A stretch of 16,226 nucleotides of DNA from Gemmatimonadota bacterium. GTDB taxonomy: Bacteria > Gemmatimonadota > Gemmatimonadetes > Palauibacterales > Palauibacteraceae. The stretch covers positions 1 to 16,226 of the forward strand of contig JBHIAV010000054.1 of the NCBI GenBank assembly GCA_046758745.1, read 5' to 3'. Position 1 is the stretch's first letter; each line of letters begins with the position of its first letter. Shown here in pieces: positions 15,819 through 16,226 of the stretch. Under the pieces are notes generated by a model, which worked only from the letters and a program-made list of their open reading frames with translations, searched no databases and was not told the DNA's origin. The position numbers and the translations under genes are program-made.

Positions 15819-16226
15819 CTTACTCATTTTCGACAGTTTCGTCGATTTCGCGCGGGACGATTCGCTGGGACAGCGCGTCATTGCTGGATCGGGCCTTCGG
15901 TTGCGCGCGGAGTGTAGTGCCAACAATCGACAGGACGCCTTCGATTTCCTATTCATCCGTGATCGGTTAAGGGATCTGTTTTCAGCGGGATAGCTTGATG
16001 GACGCTGGGTTTCAGCGATCATTGTGTTGCTCCATTCTCGACTCTCGCAAGGAGCAATTGTCGGGAGAGGTTGGGATCGATCACCTCGTGGAGAAGCATC
16101 GCTTCGATCCCCTTTGCCGCCTCCCGCGCGAGATGCGCCGGGGCGAGCCACCAGAGGGAGGTACCCTCATTGGGTGTGTAAATAGAACGAGGGCGATGTA
16201 GCCTTCCGGGTGATGAACCCCGGGCC

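Noticed and set aside
15773-16020. CRISPR array
   Set aside because: The repeats are too short and too few, the spacing is irregular, and there are no cas genes in the window.
15810-16151. 113-aa minus-strand ORF
   Set aside because: It is Ser/Arg-rich with atypical composition and no recognisable domain. It overlaps the repeat region and is more likely non-coding.

Overview
GC-rich bacterial chromosomal window with a redox, Fe-S and sulfur theme. Family assignments come from motif recognition by eye, not from database searches. The main finding is a probable selenoprotein that the ORF track splits in two. The AhpD/CMD-like ORFs 1083..1325(-) and 795..1052(-) are in frame across a single TGA at 1083-1085. 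That TGA sits at the second Cys of the AhpD CxxCxxxH motif (C-E-Y-U-T-R-A-H) and is followed directly by a bacterial SECIS-like hairpin. Intact-looking genes are DUF420, a VOC/glyoxalase, two stand-alone receiver proteins, a BamE/SmpA-like secreted protein, a SagB-type double nitroreductase, a small Cys/His-rich ORF, an Mrp/ApbC-DUF971 fusion behind a near-consensus, probably leaderless promoter, metE, a Rieske ferredoxin, a GYD protein, a 4-TM protein and a GT-C glycosyltransferase. Three genes (nfuA-like, ndh and an HsdR_N-like nuclease) appear collapsed by internal deletions that keep both ends. An Mth938/AAMDC gene has a +1 frameshift. Degenerate attC-like sites lie at about 11.5-13.2 kb.
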